From the sequence record OR670491.1: a stretch of 64,000 bases of DNA. One strand, written 5' to 3'. Positions within the stretch are counted from its first letter, which is position 1. Each line of letters starts with the position of its first letter. Of this stretch, positions 36,889 to 45,464 are shown piece after piece. Under the pieces are notes generated by a model. That model was not told where the DNA came from. It saw nothing but the letters and a program-made list of their open reading frames with translations, and searched no databases. A program made the position numbers and the translations under genes.

Positions 36889-38328
36889 ATGAAAAAATAT
36901 ACAATTGACACAAACGTACTACTATCTGATCCAAATGCTACCATTGCTTTTGATGGAGCAGCTATCATTCTACCGTTCACAGTACTTGAAGAATTGGATT
37001 CAATCAAAAGTCGTAATGTGGATGTTTCCCGTGATGCTCGTGTTGCAATCCGTAATATTGAAGCAATCCTTTCTGATGCATCACATGAAGAAATTAGTAG
37101 TACTGGTGTTAATATTGCTGATGTTCATACTAATATGAGTCCTGAAAGCAAATTGTTTGTTATTACAAGCGAAGAAGCTGAAGCACTAATTCGCACTGCT
37201 GGTAACGAAGAGAAAGTTCAAACTCTTCTAAAAAGCACAGTACCAGATGATAAAATCATTTTAGTAGCATTAGCAACTGATTCAGTACTGGTTACCCGTG
37301 ATATCAATATGCGTATCAAGGCTCTAAGCTACGGGGTGGAAGTTCAAGATTACCGTCATGATATCGTGATTGGTGATAGTGATTTGATTCACATTGGTCA
37401 ACATCACCTTGACCTACATTTCTGGGATGTGTATAGTAATCTGACTGATGTATCTATTCAGTCTGAACAAGTTGGTCGTCGTTTGTACCACTACATTCCA
37501 AAAAGCTTGATTGAACATATCATGCCACAAAATATTTGCATCGGTGATTACCTATATGATAATGCTGATGTTCTATTTGTGTACGAAGGCCAATCTGCAA
37601 TTGAAGAAGATGATGGTACTTTAACACCAGAAGATATTCTTGTATTCCAAGATATTGGACAATCTGTTGCTCTACGTGCTAAAGTGTGGGATATTAAGGC
37701 TAAGAATATTCAACAAGCACTAGCAATCAACAGTATCCTAGATCCTGATGTTCATCTAACAGTACTGTTGGGTTCCGCAGGTACTGGTAAAACGCTAATT
37801 ACCATTGCGACTGCACTTGAATTGGTTCTTGAGAAGAAGAAATATGACCGTATTATGTTCTCAAAACCACAAGATTCACAATGGGCCGAAATCGGTTTCT
37901 TACCAGGCACTGAAATGGAAAAAATGCTACCACATTGTGGCCCTGCATTGGATGCTTTGGAATTCTTACATAAAGATGATGCATCACCACAAGGTAGTAT
38001 TGAGGAAATAATCAAGCGTAATGTTATTCAGTTCAAAGCATTGAACTTCATTCGCGGTCGTTCATTTACCAACACTATTCTGGTTGTGGATGAGTTTCAG
38101 AACATCACACCTGCTCAGGCTAAGACAATCCTTACCCGTGCTGGCATGAACTGCAAAGTGATTATTCTTGGGAACTTGGCACAGATTGATAGTAAATTCA
38201 TTAGCCCAGTTAACAGCGGCTTAACATATGTTGTTGAGAAATTTAAAAACTGGGATGGTTGTCGAGTAATCGAACTCGAAGGTGTTGTTCGTTCACCACT
38301 GGCAGAATTTGCTGAAGAAAATATGTAA
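36889..38328 (+). CDS. phoH: PIN-PhoH family ATPase
   Basis: DTNVLL PIN domain, GSAGTGKT, IGFLPG, RGRS, DEFQN, GNLAQID, VRSPLA. Confidence 0.93.
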   Translation: MKKYTIDTNVLLSDPNATIAFDGAAIILPFTVLEELDSIKSRNVDVSRDARVAIRNIEAILSDASHEEISSTGVNIADVHTNMSPESKLFVITSEEAEALIRTAGNEEKVQTLLKSTVPDDKIILVALATDSVLVTRDINMRIKALSYGVEVQDYRHDIVIGDSDLIHIGQHHLDLHFWDVYSNLTDVSIQSEQVGRRLYHYIPKSLIEHIMPQNICIGDYLYDNADVLFVYEGQSAIEEDDGTLTPEDILVFQDIGQSVALRAKVWDIKAKNIQQALAINSILDPDVHLTVLLGSAGTGKTLITIATALELVLEKKKYDRIMFSKPQDSQWAEIGFLPGTEMEKMLPHCGPALDALEFLHKDDASPQGSIEEIIKRNVIQFKALNFIRGRSFTNTILVVDEFQNITPAQAKTILTRAGMNCKVIILGNLAQIDSKFISPVNSGLTYVVEKFKNWDGCRVIELEGVVRSPLAEFAEENM

Positions 38329-38337
38329 TAATACGTC

Positions 38338-38361
38338 GGAGTGCTTTTTATAGCACTCCTT
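38338..38361 (+). terminator. probable terminator
   Basis: ggagtgct/agcactcc stem. Confidence 0.6.
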
Positions 38362-38374
38362 CTAAGGAATTATA

Positions 38375-39655
38375 GTGATAATAAAACATCTGTATTATAT
38401 TGACTCAAATTTCAGAAAATACGATAAAGTTTCAAAACTTAATCCAAAATACATTACAGATGTTATTTTCCAAGAAAAATACAACATAGATCGAAACAGT
38501 ACTGAAATACTACAGGATGATATATCATCATATACACCAAACGTAACGGGTTTTTATTATATAAAATACCCAACTGGTGTTAGAAAAGTTTATGCTTTAA
38601 AATGTAATGAGTGCTCTAAAAACTCAGTATTACATGGCGAAGGAATATATCTGGTTCACTTGTCACACATCAAAAACGGAATCATTTCGTGTGGGTGTGC
38701 AAAACGCACAAACTGGACACCATATCAATATTACATAAAAATGATATCAGAATGTAAAAATCGTAATTGCATTTTTTTAGGTTACGATAAAAAACACTTA
38801 CGTTTATATTGTCTCGAACATGGTTACTGGAATACCACATCCAAAGCACACTTCTTTAATGGGAAAGGATGTAGTAAATGTGGGGACACCAATTCAAGAG
38901 TGTTGAGAACAAAAGACAGTTATTTTCATATATCTAAATTTAAAATCTTAAATGCGTATAATTATCGACGTTCCGACAAGATTGATAGTAGTGGTCGCTT
39001 GCGTTATTGGGAATATATGTGTAAGAAATGTTCACATGATGAGTATGTTAGGCTCGGTTTGTGTAATGGGATTTTTACATCATTTAATAGTGATTTAGTA
39101 AAGGGTAAGAAATCATGTCGTTGTTCAAGTAACTATAGATGGACAGAAAAACAGCGTGAATATCAAATCACCAAACTCCTAAAATCCAATTTTCCTCACA
39201 TTAGCTTTAAAGGTTGGGTAAATAGTTATAAAAATATCCATAGTAAGGCGATTTTAAATTGTAATATTCATAATAATTATACGCAAAAAGTAAACTACAT
39301 ACTTAATAATAATTGTGGTTGTCCACAATGTGCTGGGATGACACAGACAGAATGTTATATAAATGTAATATATGATGTGTTTCCAATTGCTATAAAATAT
39401 GGAATTTCAACACATACAAAAAACCGCGTTTGTAGTCAAAATAATAAATCACCATTTGACGTTATTAATCATGGAATTTGGGATTTTGAAAATCCATATT
39501 TATGCAAAATGGCAGAAAATGAATGCAAGCGAACGGTAAGTCGTGTTCTATCAGAACGCGAGCTACCTGACGGATTTACTGAAACCGCTGAAGTGAAATA
39601 TATTGATGATATAATTAAAATATATGAAAGCTGGGGTGGTATCAAACGAAAATAG
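38375..39655 (+). mobile_element. free-standing homing endonuclease (Cys-rich repeats + C-terminal GIY-YIG/T5orf172-like domain)
   Basis: repeated CxxC/CxxH units (KGCSKCG, CGCPQCAG); IKYGIS...R...E...DGFTET; AT-rich. Confidence 0.7.
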
Positions 39656-39665
39656 TAGTTTTTTG

Positions 39666-39693
39666 TAGACAAAACGAAAAATAGTGATATAAT
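39666..39693 (+). promoter_or_regulatory. early promoter
   Basis: TAGACA-16-TATAAT with TGn. Confidence 0.7.
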
Positions 39694-39726
39694 AATGTTA
39701 TTAACAACAAAGAAGGAGAATCAATC

Positions 39727-39924
39727 ATGGCTAAACAACCTAAGAAAAAAGAACCTGAAGTTAAAGTTAAGAAAGTTAAAGTTATTCAATCTAAAGAACA
39801 ACGTAATTACGAACTACGTAAAGCAGAAACCCTATCAGGTCTTCAAGCTCTACGTAAACAAGGTGTTCTAACTCGTGCTCAATACCGTGAGATAGTAGCA
39901 CAAAAAGGTTATTGGTCCATTTGA
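39727..39924 (+). CDS. small basic protein
   Basis: AAGGAG RBS; Lys-rich. Confidence 0.75.
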   Translation: MAKQPKKKEPEVKVKKVKVIQSKEQRNYELRKAETLSGLQALRKQGVLTRAQYREIVAQKGYWSI

Positions 39925-40019
39925 AGCAATAAACTGGAGTTCTTCATAAATACTTTCATAAGAATAATAATACTTTTTATGAAAATTAAAAAGAACTCCA
40001 TGTGTTATTTCAGTTTTTC

Positions 40020-40046
40020 ATCCCTGTCTTTTGGCAGGGATTTTTT
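40020..40046 (+). terminator. intrinsic terminator
   Basis: atccctgtc/ggcagggat + T-run. Confidence 0.75.
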
Positions 40047-40065
40047 CTATCCATAGGAAAGTGAG

Positions 40066-40800
40066 ATGAGCATAACTGATATATCCAATAAAGTTATTAA
40101 TGAATTGGTACAGAGAGGTTTTGCATCACCTATGATATATGGTTCGTGGTGCTACTATGAAAAGTACAAATTCGATGACAAGTATCCTAATGACATTGAT
40201 GTGATTAACATAGTACATGAAGAGTCGGAGGAAGGTGAATTTACTTTGGAGTTGAATTGTATTGACATTCCAGTTAATGTCGAATGCATGACTCTTCAGC
40301 ATTTTAGACAAGATTACAAGACTCCACAAATTAAGTACTTGGGTATAGGTCTTGCAGGTTCCAACAATTCATCAATCAATCACATCTTTTTATATCTAGG
40401 TGCAGTTCACAGTTACTATGCTGAACTTCCCAAAAATGTTGTTCGAACTATGTGCAGTTCATCATCGTCTAAGGCATTTAACAAAGGTGTTAAGAAACTG
40501 ACACTTGACGATGACTACGATAAAGATTTGGGTCTAAAAAACATCTGGCATAGCATTCATTTCATTTCTATAGTAGATTCATATTACAAGTCCTACGATG
40601 ATAGTCTTAATGTTGCAGAATATGCGTTGTATACTGAATATAACATGTTGCGTTGTATCCCGATGCGTGATATGATATATAAAATTTACGAGGAAACTGA
40701 AGGTTCTCTTCAGGATAAGGCTCAAGCAGTCATAGACTATGCAAAGCCTTTACGTAACAAATTAATGACAGAATTTCGTGCCTTATACCCAAAGGAGTGA
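40066..40800 (+). CDS. Pol-beta-type nucleotidyltransferase-like protein
   Basis: IYGSW...DIDVI motif; helical C-terminus with KNIWHSI. Confidence 0.55.
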   Translation: MSITDISNKVINELVQRGFASPMIYGSWCYYEKYKFDDKYPNDIDVINIVHEESEEGEFTLELNCIDIPVNVECMTLQHFRQDYKTPQIKYLGIGLAGSNNSSINHIFLYLGAVHSYYAELPKNVVRTMCSSSSSKAFNKGVKKLTLDDDYDKDLGLKNIWHSIHFISIVDSYYKSYDDSLNVAEYALYTEYNMLRCIPMRDMIYKIYEETEGSLQDKAQAVIDYAKPLRNKLMTEFRALYPKE

Positions 40801-40867
40801 TATAATGAAAAAACATACAGGAAAACAGCCGTTCCATTAGGTTAATTTAACTTAAAGGAGACTATAT

Positions 40868-41392
40868 ATGTTTTTTGAACAATCTTTTATTCTGTACTAC
40901 GATTCTGGTAAAGTTGAATACACTGATAACCTTTTTGAAGTTATCAACCGAATGGGTGGAGTTGATAGTTTTCATGCTGCAATGAAATTCAATCTAGGTG
41001 AATTCAACAAACGTAACGGTAAACTGTATAATATCAGTACTGGATTTTTCTTGTGCAATGCTAAAGGCTTGATGATTTCCCCTGATCTGTTATACGATGA
41101 GTATCAGATTGCATGGGATGAATTTTGGAAGAATAAGCGTAAAGCTATTGATGACAAATTCAAACACAACAGGTCTTGGCGTTTTAAACACAGTCAAGTT
41201 CGTTACAAACACCCACATACTCAACAAGAACGTCGCATGGCATGTGCAGTTCAAAAAGATGAGGGTGAACCTAGTATTCGTGGTAAACGCAAAATGCGTT
41301 CTATCCCTTCTTTATGGGATGATAAAAAGACAAGACACAGTACTGGATGGAAAACTAGTACTAAGCGTAAACATCAATACAAAGGGAGCTAA
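40868..41392 (+). CDS. conserved phage protein with basic C-terminus
   Basis: AAGGAG RBS; R.KR...IPSLWDD...GWK...KRKHQY. Confidence 0.75.
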   Translation: MFFEQSFILYYDSGKVEYTDNLFEVINRMGGVDSFHAAMKFNLGEFNKRNGKLYNISTGFFLCNAKGLMISPDLLYDEYQIAWDEFWKNKRKAIDDKFKHNRSWRFKHSQVRYKHPHTQQERRMACAVQKDEGEPSIRGKRKMRSIPSLWDDKKTRHSTGWKTSTKRKHQYKGS

Positions 41393-41406
41393 TGCTCCCT
41401 ATTTTT
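41383..41406 (+). terminator. intrinsic terminator
   Basis: agggagc taat gctccct + T-run. Confidence 0.65.
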
Positions 41407-41420
41407 ATGGATACAATAAA

Positions 41421-41759
41421 ATGAATACCAATGACCGACACACAATTATAGTAGAACTAGGCTACATTGAAATTGAAAATTGTAGTATTGATAAAATGAT
41501 TGAAGTACTACAAAAGTATCGTTCGGAATATGACGGATACATGTCACTCGTCCCTGAAGGTGGGTATAGTGGTTTTGACGGTTATAAAATCCTTTTATCA
41601 CGAGATGAAACTGATGAAGAAATTATTGCTCGTCATGCAGCAGAAAAGAAACGTAAAGAGGATGCTGAACGTACTGAAATGAATCGTTTAATGCAAAAGA
41701 AATCATTGAATGCTTCTCAAAAAGAAACTCTTATTAAATATATCCAGGAATATATGTAA
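41421..41759 (+). CDS. hypothetical protein
   Basis: likely start 41421; the longer track ORF overlaps the upstream gene and terminator. Confidence 0.65.
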   Translation: MNTNDRHTIIVELGYIEIENCSIDKMIEVLQKYRSEYDGYMSLVPEGGYSGFDGYKILLSRDETDEEIIARHAAEKKRKEDAERTEMNRLMQKKSLNASQKETLIKYIQEYM

Positions 41760-42415
41760 TGAAAAATATCACACAAGAGAAGATCCTGTACCTCGCAAAA
41801 TATAATGGTGGTTTTAATATCCAAAGCTGTGAGTACACTGGAAATATGGCTAAAATACTTGACTCTCTATTAAGTCTAGGATTGATTCGTTGGGATACTA
41901 ATGAACTTTGGTATGAATATGCTGGACAGCAATGGGAAAGTGATTATGACCATGCAATCCATTCATATACCATTACTAAAGCAGGTGAAGTTCGTTTAGC
42001 CATTATGCGTTGTGCCTATACCTATAAAAACTTCAAAGGTGAAGAGAAACATATCCGACGTAATCAAGAACTCATTCATCTCATGGGTGAAGCTGGTATC
42101 AAGATGGATGTTTTGTTGAATGAACCACGTTGGGTTAACAATCTCACCAAAGCAGAGTCGAAAGCACTACGATACATTACAGAACAAGAAGTTCAACCTT
42201 CTAAACCGGAAAAAGTACTACAAGGTGATGGTGAGTTAAGTCTTCAAAATGTGTTCGAAAGTACCAGTACTGAAAGTATTTCTGATATATCAGTCCAGAT
42301 GGCAATCAAAGCTATGGAGCTTTTTAAGACCCAATACGAAGGTACAAGTGCAGATGAAGTAGAACGTGAGTTCATTACTCGTGTACAAATTGCGTTACAT
42401 AAAAATAAAAAGTAG
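41759..42415 (+). CDS. hypothetical protein
   Basis: AGGA RBS, 218 aa. Confidence 0.75.
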   Translation: MKNITQEKILYLAKYNGGFNIQSCEYTGNMAKILDSLLSLGLIRWDTNELWYEYAGQQWESDYDHAIHSYTITKAGEVRLAIMRCAYTYKNFKGEEKHIRRNQELIHLMGEAGIKMDVLLNEPRWVNNLTKAESKALRYITEQEVQPSKPEKVLQGDGELSLQNVFESTSTESISDISVQMAIKAMELFKTQYEGTSADEVEREFITRVQIALHKNKK

Positions 42416-42421
42416 GTTCAT

Positions 42422-42601
42422 ATGAAAATTTTACTTGTACTAATAGCCGTAGTTATGGTATTATCTTGTTCAGTTAGTAATGGTAAGTACATTTACATGT
42501 CTGCGTTCGAGGAAGCACCGACAAACTGTGTACAAACTCATTCAGGTCTTATGCTAGTTAATGGCAGACCTTCAATTGAATACTTATGTATAGGTGATTA
42601 A
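42422..42601 (+). CDS. small exported or lipoprotein-like protein (not in ORF track)
   Basis: MKILLVLIAVVMVLSC. Confidence 0.55.
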   Translation: MKILLVLIAVVMVLSCSVSNGKYIYMSAFEEAPTNCVQTHSGLMLVNGRPSIEYLCIGD

Positions 42602-42604
42602 ATT

Positions 42605-42835
42605 ATGAAATTATTGTGTATTGCTATTGTTTCTTCTATTGTATTTCTAAGTGGGTGTGCACCTAAAGTTAATGAGATGGATGCTGAACTCATCCGTCTT
42701 GGATTGACTAAACTCAATCACGATGGTACACTGTATGCATGTCATGAAATGCGTCACGGTCAAGATCTGAACTTAATGTGCAGAAAGATTGTGAATCGTA
42801 AACGTATTAATACAATCCCAAGGGATGTACAATGA
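42605..42835 (+). CDS. lipoprotein
   Basis: lipobox FLSGC. Confidence 0.7.
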   Translation: MKLLCIAIVSSIVFLSGCAPKVNEMDAELIRLGLTKLNHDGTLYACHEMRHGQDLNLMCRKIVNRKRINTIPRDVQ

Positions 42836-43053
42836 AAGCAAAAGAATTAGCAGAATTACTGTTACAACATCCTGACGCAGAAGTTATTGTTTGTGATGAA
42901 GAAATGTTTTTAGTTAATGCGTCTAAAGTAACGGTTTATGAAAAAGATGAGATGATAAAAGAAGGTGATGGTAGTACCAAATCGGAAGACCTTACTTCTC
43001 TTGGAATCTACGATTATCCAATTTGTAATACACAAGTTATTTTTATTTCATGA
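42832..43053 (+). CDS. hypothetical protein
   Basis: MKAKELAELL..HPDAEV, a common phage N-terminus. Confidence 0.7.
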   Translation: MKAKELAELLLQHPDAEVIVCDEEMFLVNASKVTVYEKDEMIKEGDGSTKSEDLTSLGIYDYPICNTQVIFIS

Positions 43054-43060
43054 GGAAACT

Positions 43061-43420
43061 ATGAGTGATTATGTTGGATTCCTATACCGCTTTGGTGTTG
43101 CACAAGAAAAACACATCATCCGTATGCCAGCATATGGTGAGAAAGGATGGTATAAGAGTATTATCAGTGTAGGTGCATTTCGTGACCGTGAAGCAGTATA
43201 CTTCCTTAAGAGTCTCAGTGATGAACCTATTCGCTTCTCACTTCAGCGTTTATCAGAATGGGAGGAAAGTAATAAAATCACAGCAGAATCAATGCAAGCC
43301 GTATGTGGTATTCAAAATTATGTCCATCCATATGACAATCTTCCTTGTACTGTGCATAATTCAGTGTTTGACTTTTATGCAGCAGTAGGGTATGATTATA
43401 AAAAGAAACGTTACATTTGA
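43061..43420 (+). CDS. hypothetical protein
   Basis: ATG at 43061 after GAGGA. Confidence 0.7.
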   Translation: MSDYVGFLYRFGVAQEKHIIRMPAYGEKGWYKSIISVGAFRDREAVYFLKSLSDEPIRFSLQRLSEWEESNKITAESMQAVCGIQNYVHPYDNLPCTVHNSVFDFYAAVGYDYKKKRYI

Positions 43421-43439
43421 ATTTCAATGGGGATTTAAA

Positions 43440-44057
43440 ATGACAGCAGCCGACAAGTACTGGTGGATTTACAACCACGCCTCATTCGTCAACAAAGATT
43501 TAGTATATCCAAAGATTGAGATTGAACCACATAACGTATGCCCTGATACCAATCGCATTGAAGACCATGAATATCTAAATACAAAGGTTCAGTACTGGGT
43601 AGAGTTGATGACCCCTGAATTCGATGAAGATTCACAAAACTGGATTCTTTCACACGATTATCAGTTAGATTGTGGTGGTGATACCTTTGAAGAAGCAATT
43701 GATGCAGTGTACAATAAGGTTTTGGAACGTTACGGTACATACAAACAAGAAGATGCAGATGCGTTATTTGATTCATTGTTTAAAAAATCATCACAACCAA
43801 ATCCAGCATACCAGCAATTTAGCAATCCACATGAACGATTATACAGTGCTACGTTTCTGTTGTTGAATTACGATGACAAGTTCTCGCTGATTGATAGCAT
43901 AGATACTCGTAAAAATACAATAAAGTCCTTGCAGAAGTACATTGCTTCTTGTACAATAGAGCAATCAGAGAAAGCAAAGATTGCATTAGAAGATGAAGAA
44001 TGTTTGCTTTGGTTGCAAGAACTATCACTTAAAACAGGCGTGGATTTATTACTATGA
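43440..44057 (+). CDS. hypothetical protein
   Basis: ATG at 43440; DCGGDTFEEAI. Confidence 0.7.
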   Translation: MTAADKYWWIYNHASFVNKDLVYPKIEIEPHNVCPDTNRIEDHEYLNTKVQYWVELMTPEFDEDSQNWILSHDYQLDCGGDTFEEAIDAVYNKVLERYGTYKQEDADALFDSLFKKSSQPNPAYQQFSNPHERLYSATFLLLNYDDKFSLIDSIDTRKNTIKSLQKYIASCTIEQSEKAKIALEDEECLLWLQELSLKTGVDLLL

Positions 44058-44422
44058 ACAGTAAACTGGAAAAACTAATTGAAGAACTTCGACGGATGCC
44101 GCCAATTGAGCAAGTTGGCAATTACAAGCGTTATCGCGTTATAGCACGAGCACTGGATAAGAAAGGTCGAGTACTGGCAACTCGTACCAACTCTTATACA
44201 CAAACTCATCCTAAACAGAAAGGGTTTGCGATTCGTGCTGGACGTCCACAAGGTGAGTTTCTTCATGCTGAAATTTCATGTTTACTGGCTGCACGGGCTG
44301 AAGTTCATACTCTGTTGATTGCACGAGTCAGTAAAGATGGCATTCCAGTTCCAGCTAAACCATGCGAGATTTGCACTTTAGCTATCCAAGAATATGGAGT
44401 AAAAGAAATTATTCACACATGA
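44054..44422 (+). CDS. cytidine/dCMP deaminase-like zinc protein
   Basis: HAEI and PAKPCEIC. Confidence 0.8.
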   Translation: MNSKLEKLIEELRRMPPIEQVGNYKRYRVIARALDKKGRVLATRTNSYTQTHPKQKGFAIRAGRPQGEFLHAEISCLLAARAEVHTLLIARVSKDGIPVPAKPCEICTLAIQEYGVKEIIHT

Positions 44423-44643
44423 AAACTGAATACTACGATAAACATACTGTATTCTATACTAAATCCACTATACTGTATTATTACATATTTGAACCTAATT
44501 ACTGTTTACAGATAACAACCTACGCAAATGGTAGATTTAAAGATGTAAACTTCCCATTAACCGATTTAGCAAAACATATCAGTACTGAACATTTCATTAA
44601 TTTAGTACAAGTATATTGTAAACCAAACCCTAACAACACTTAA
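44419..44643 (+). CDS. hypothetical protein
   Basis: ATGA overlap. Confidence 0.5.
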   Translation: MKTEYYDKHTVFYTKSTILYYYIFEPNYCLQITTYANGRFKDVNFPLTDLAKHISTEHFINLVQVYCKPNPNNT

Positions 44644-44658
44644 ACTAAGGAGTCAATA

Positions 44659-45021
44659 ATGGCTAAAACAATTTCAATGAAAGACGATACCGTTGGTATT
44701 CGCAAAGATGGTTTCTATGGTTTCTCATGGACTACCCTATTCTTCGGTCCAATCCCTGCACTATTCCGTGGTGATTTCCTAACATTCCTTGGTGTAGTAG
44801 CTGTGTACGTAGTTCTTAACGTATTCACTATGGGTATTCTCGGAACCCTAGCTATGGTAGTATGGGCGTTCATGTACAACAAATATTACACCCAAAGCCT
44901 ACTCAAGAAAGGTTTTAAATTCAATGGCAGTGATGAAGACAACAAAGAAGCAGCAATGTATTTGCATGTGGAATTGAACTCTCATAACACGGTTGATAAA
45001 AACAAAGGTCCAGAGGTCTAA
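44659..45021 (+). CDS. membrane protein (DUF2628/HrgC-like)
   Basis: GFSWTTLFFGPIPALFRGD, YNK.Y...LLKKG. Confidence 0.75.
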   Translation: MAKTISMKDDTVGIRKDGFYGFSWTTLFFGPIPALFRGDFLTFLGVVAVYVVLNVFTMGILGTLAMVVWAFMYNKYYTQSLLKKGFKFNGSDEDNKEAAMYLHVELNSHNTVDKNKGPEV

Positions 45022-45200
45022 TGGAAATCTTTAAAAAAGATTATGATGGGGAAAGTCTTTATGATATGCAGCGTGACGTACACGAAGCGTTTGATTCAAG
45101 ATTTAACCCATTAGCCGACCAGATTCCACAAGATGAATTTGGTTTTCAAGAAGGTACATTCACAGTAACTATTACCTGGACACCGGATGAGAATAATTAA
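45021..45200 (+). CDS. small acidic hypothetical protein (not in ORF track)
   Basis: GAGG RBS; MEIFKKDYDGESLYDMQRDVHEAFD... Confidence 0.65.
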   Translation: MEIFKKDYDGESLYDMQRDVHEAFDSRFNPLADQIPQDEFGFQEGTFTVTITWTPDENN

Positions 45201-45301
45201 ACTTTTGATTGGCTTATTAGCAATGATATTGTTTTTTATATGTTCCGCTCCAATTAATACTATGGTGTTGATTTGGGCAGTTGTAATTTTAGCAGTACTT
45301 T

Positions 45302-45326
45302 AAAAGCACCCTAGTGGTGCTTTTTT
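45302..45326 (+). terminator. intrinsic terminator
   Basis: aaaagcacc ctagt ggtgctttt. Confidence 0.8.
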
Positions 45327-45360
45327 CATTTGTACAAATAAAAACCTATCTACCCTTTCA

Positions 45361-45402
45361 TTGATTCAGGTCAAAAGAAACATAGCGTTCTGGAGCTATA
45401 AT
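45361..45402 (+). promoter_or_regulatory. FNR-type class II promoter of nrdD
   Basis: TTGAT-tcag-GTCAA (9/10 match to the FNR consensus) centred at -41.5 relative to TATAAT 45397-45402; no -35. Confidence 0.65.
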
Positions 45403-45464
45403 GTTGTCTTGTGGAGTTAAATAACTTCACCCCAGATGAATTATAGAATACAAGGAAGAATTAA

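Noticed and set aside
41097-41420. N-terminal half of the 220-aa track ORF
   Set aside because: It overlaps gene 40868 in another frame and crosses a terminator; the real start is probably 41421.
45391-45410. NrdR box overlapping the nrdD -10
   Set aside because: gctataatgttgt needs a gap to fit the 16-bp NrdR palindrome.
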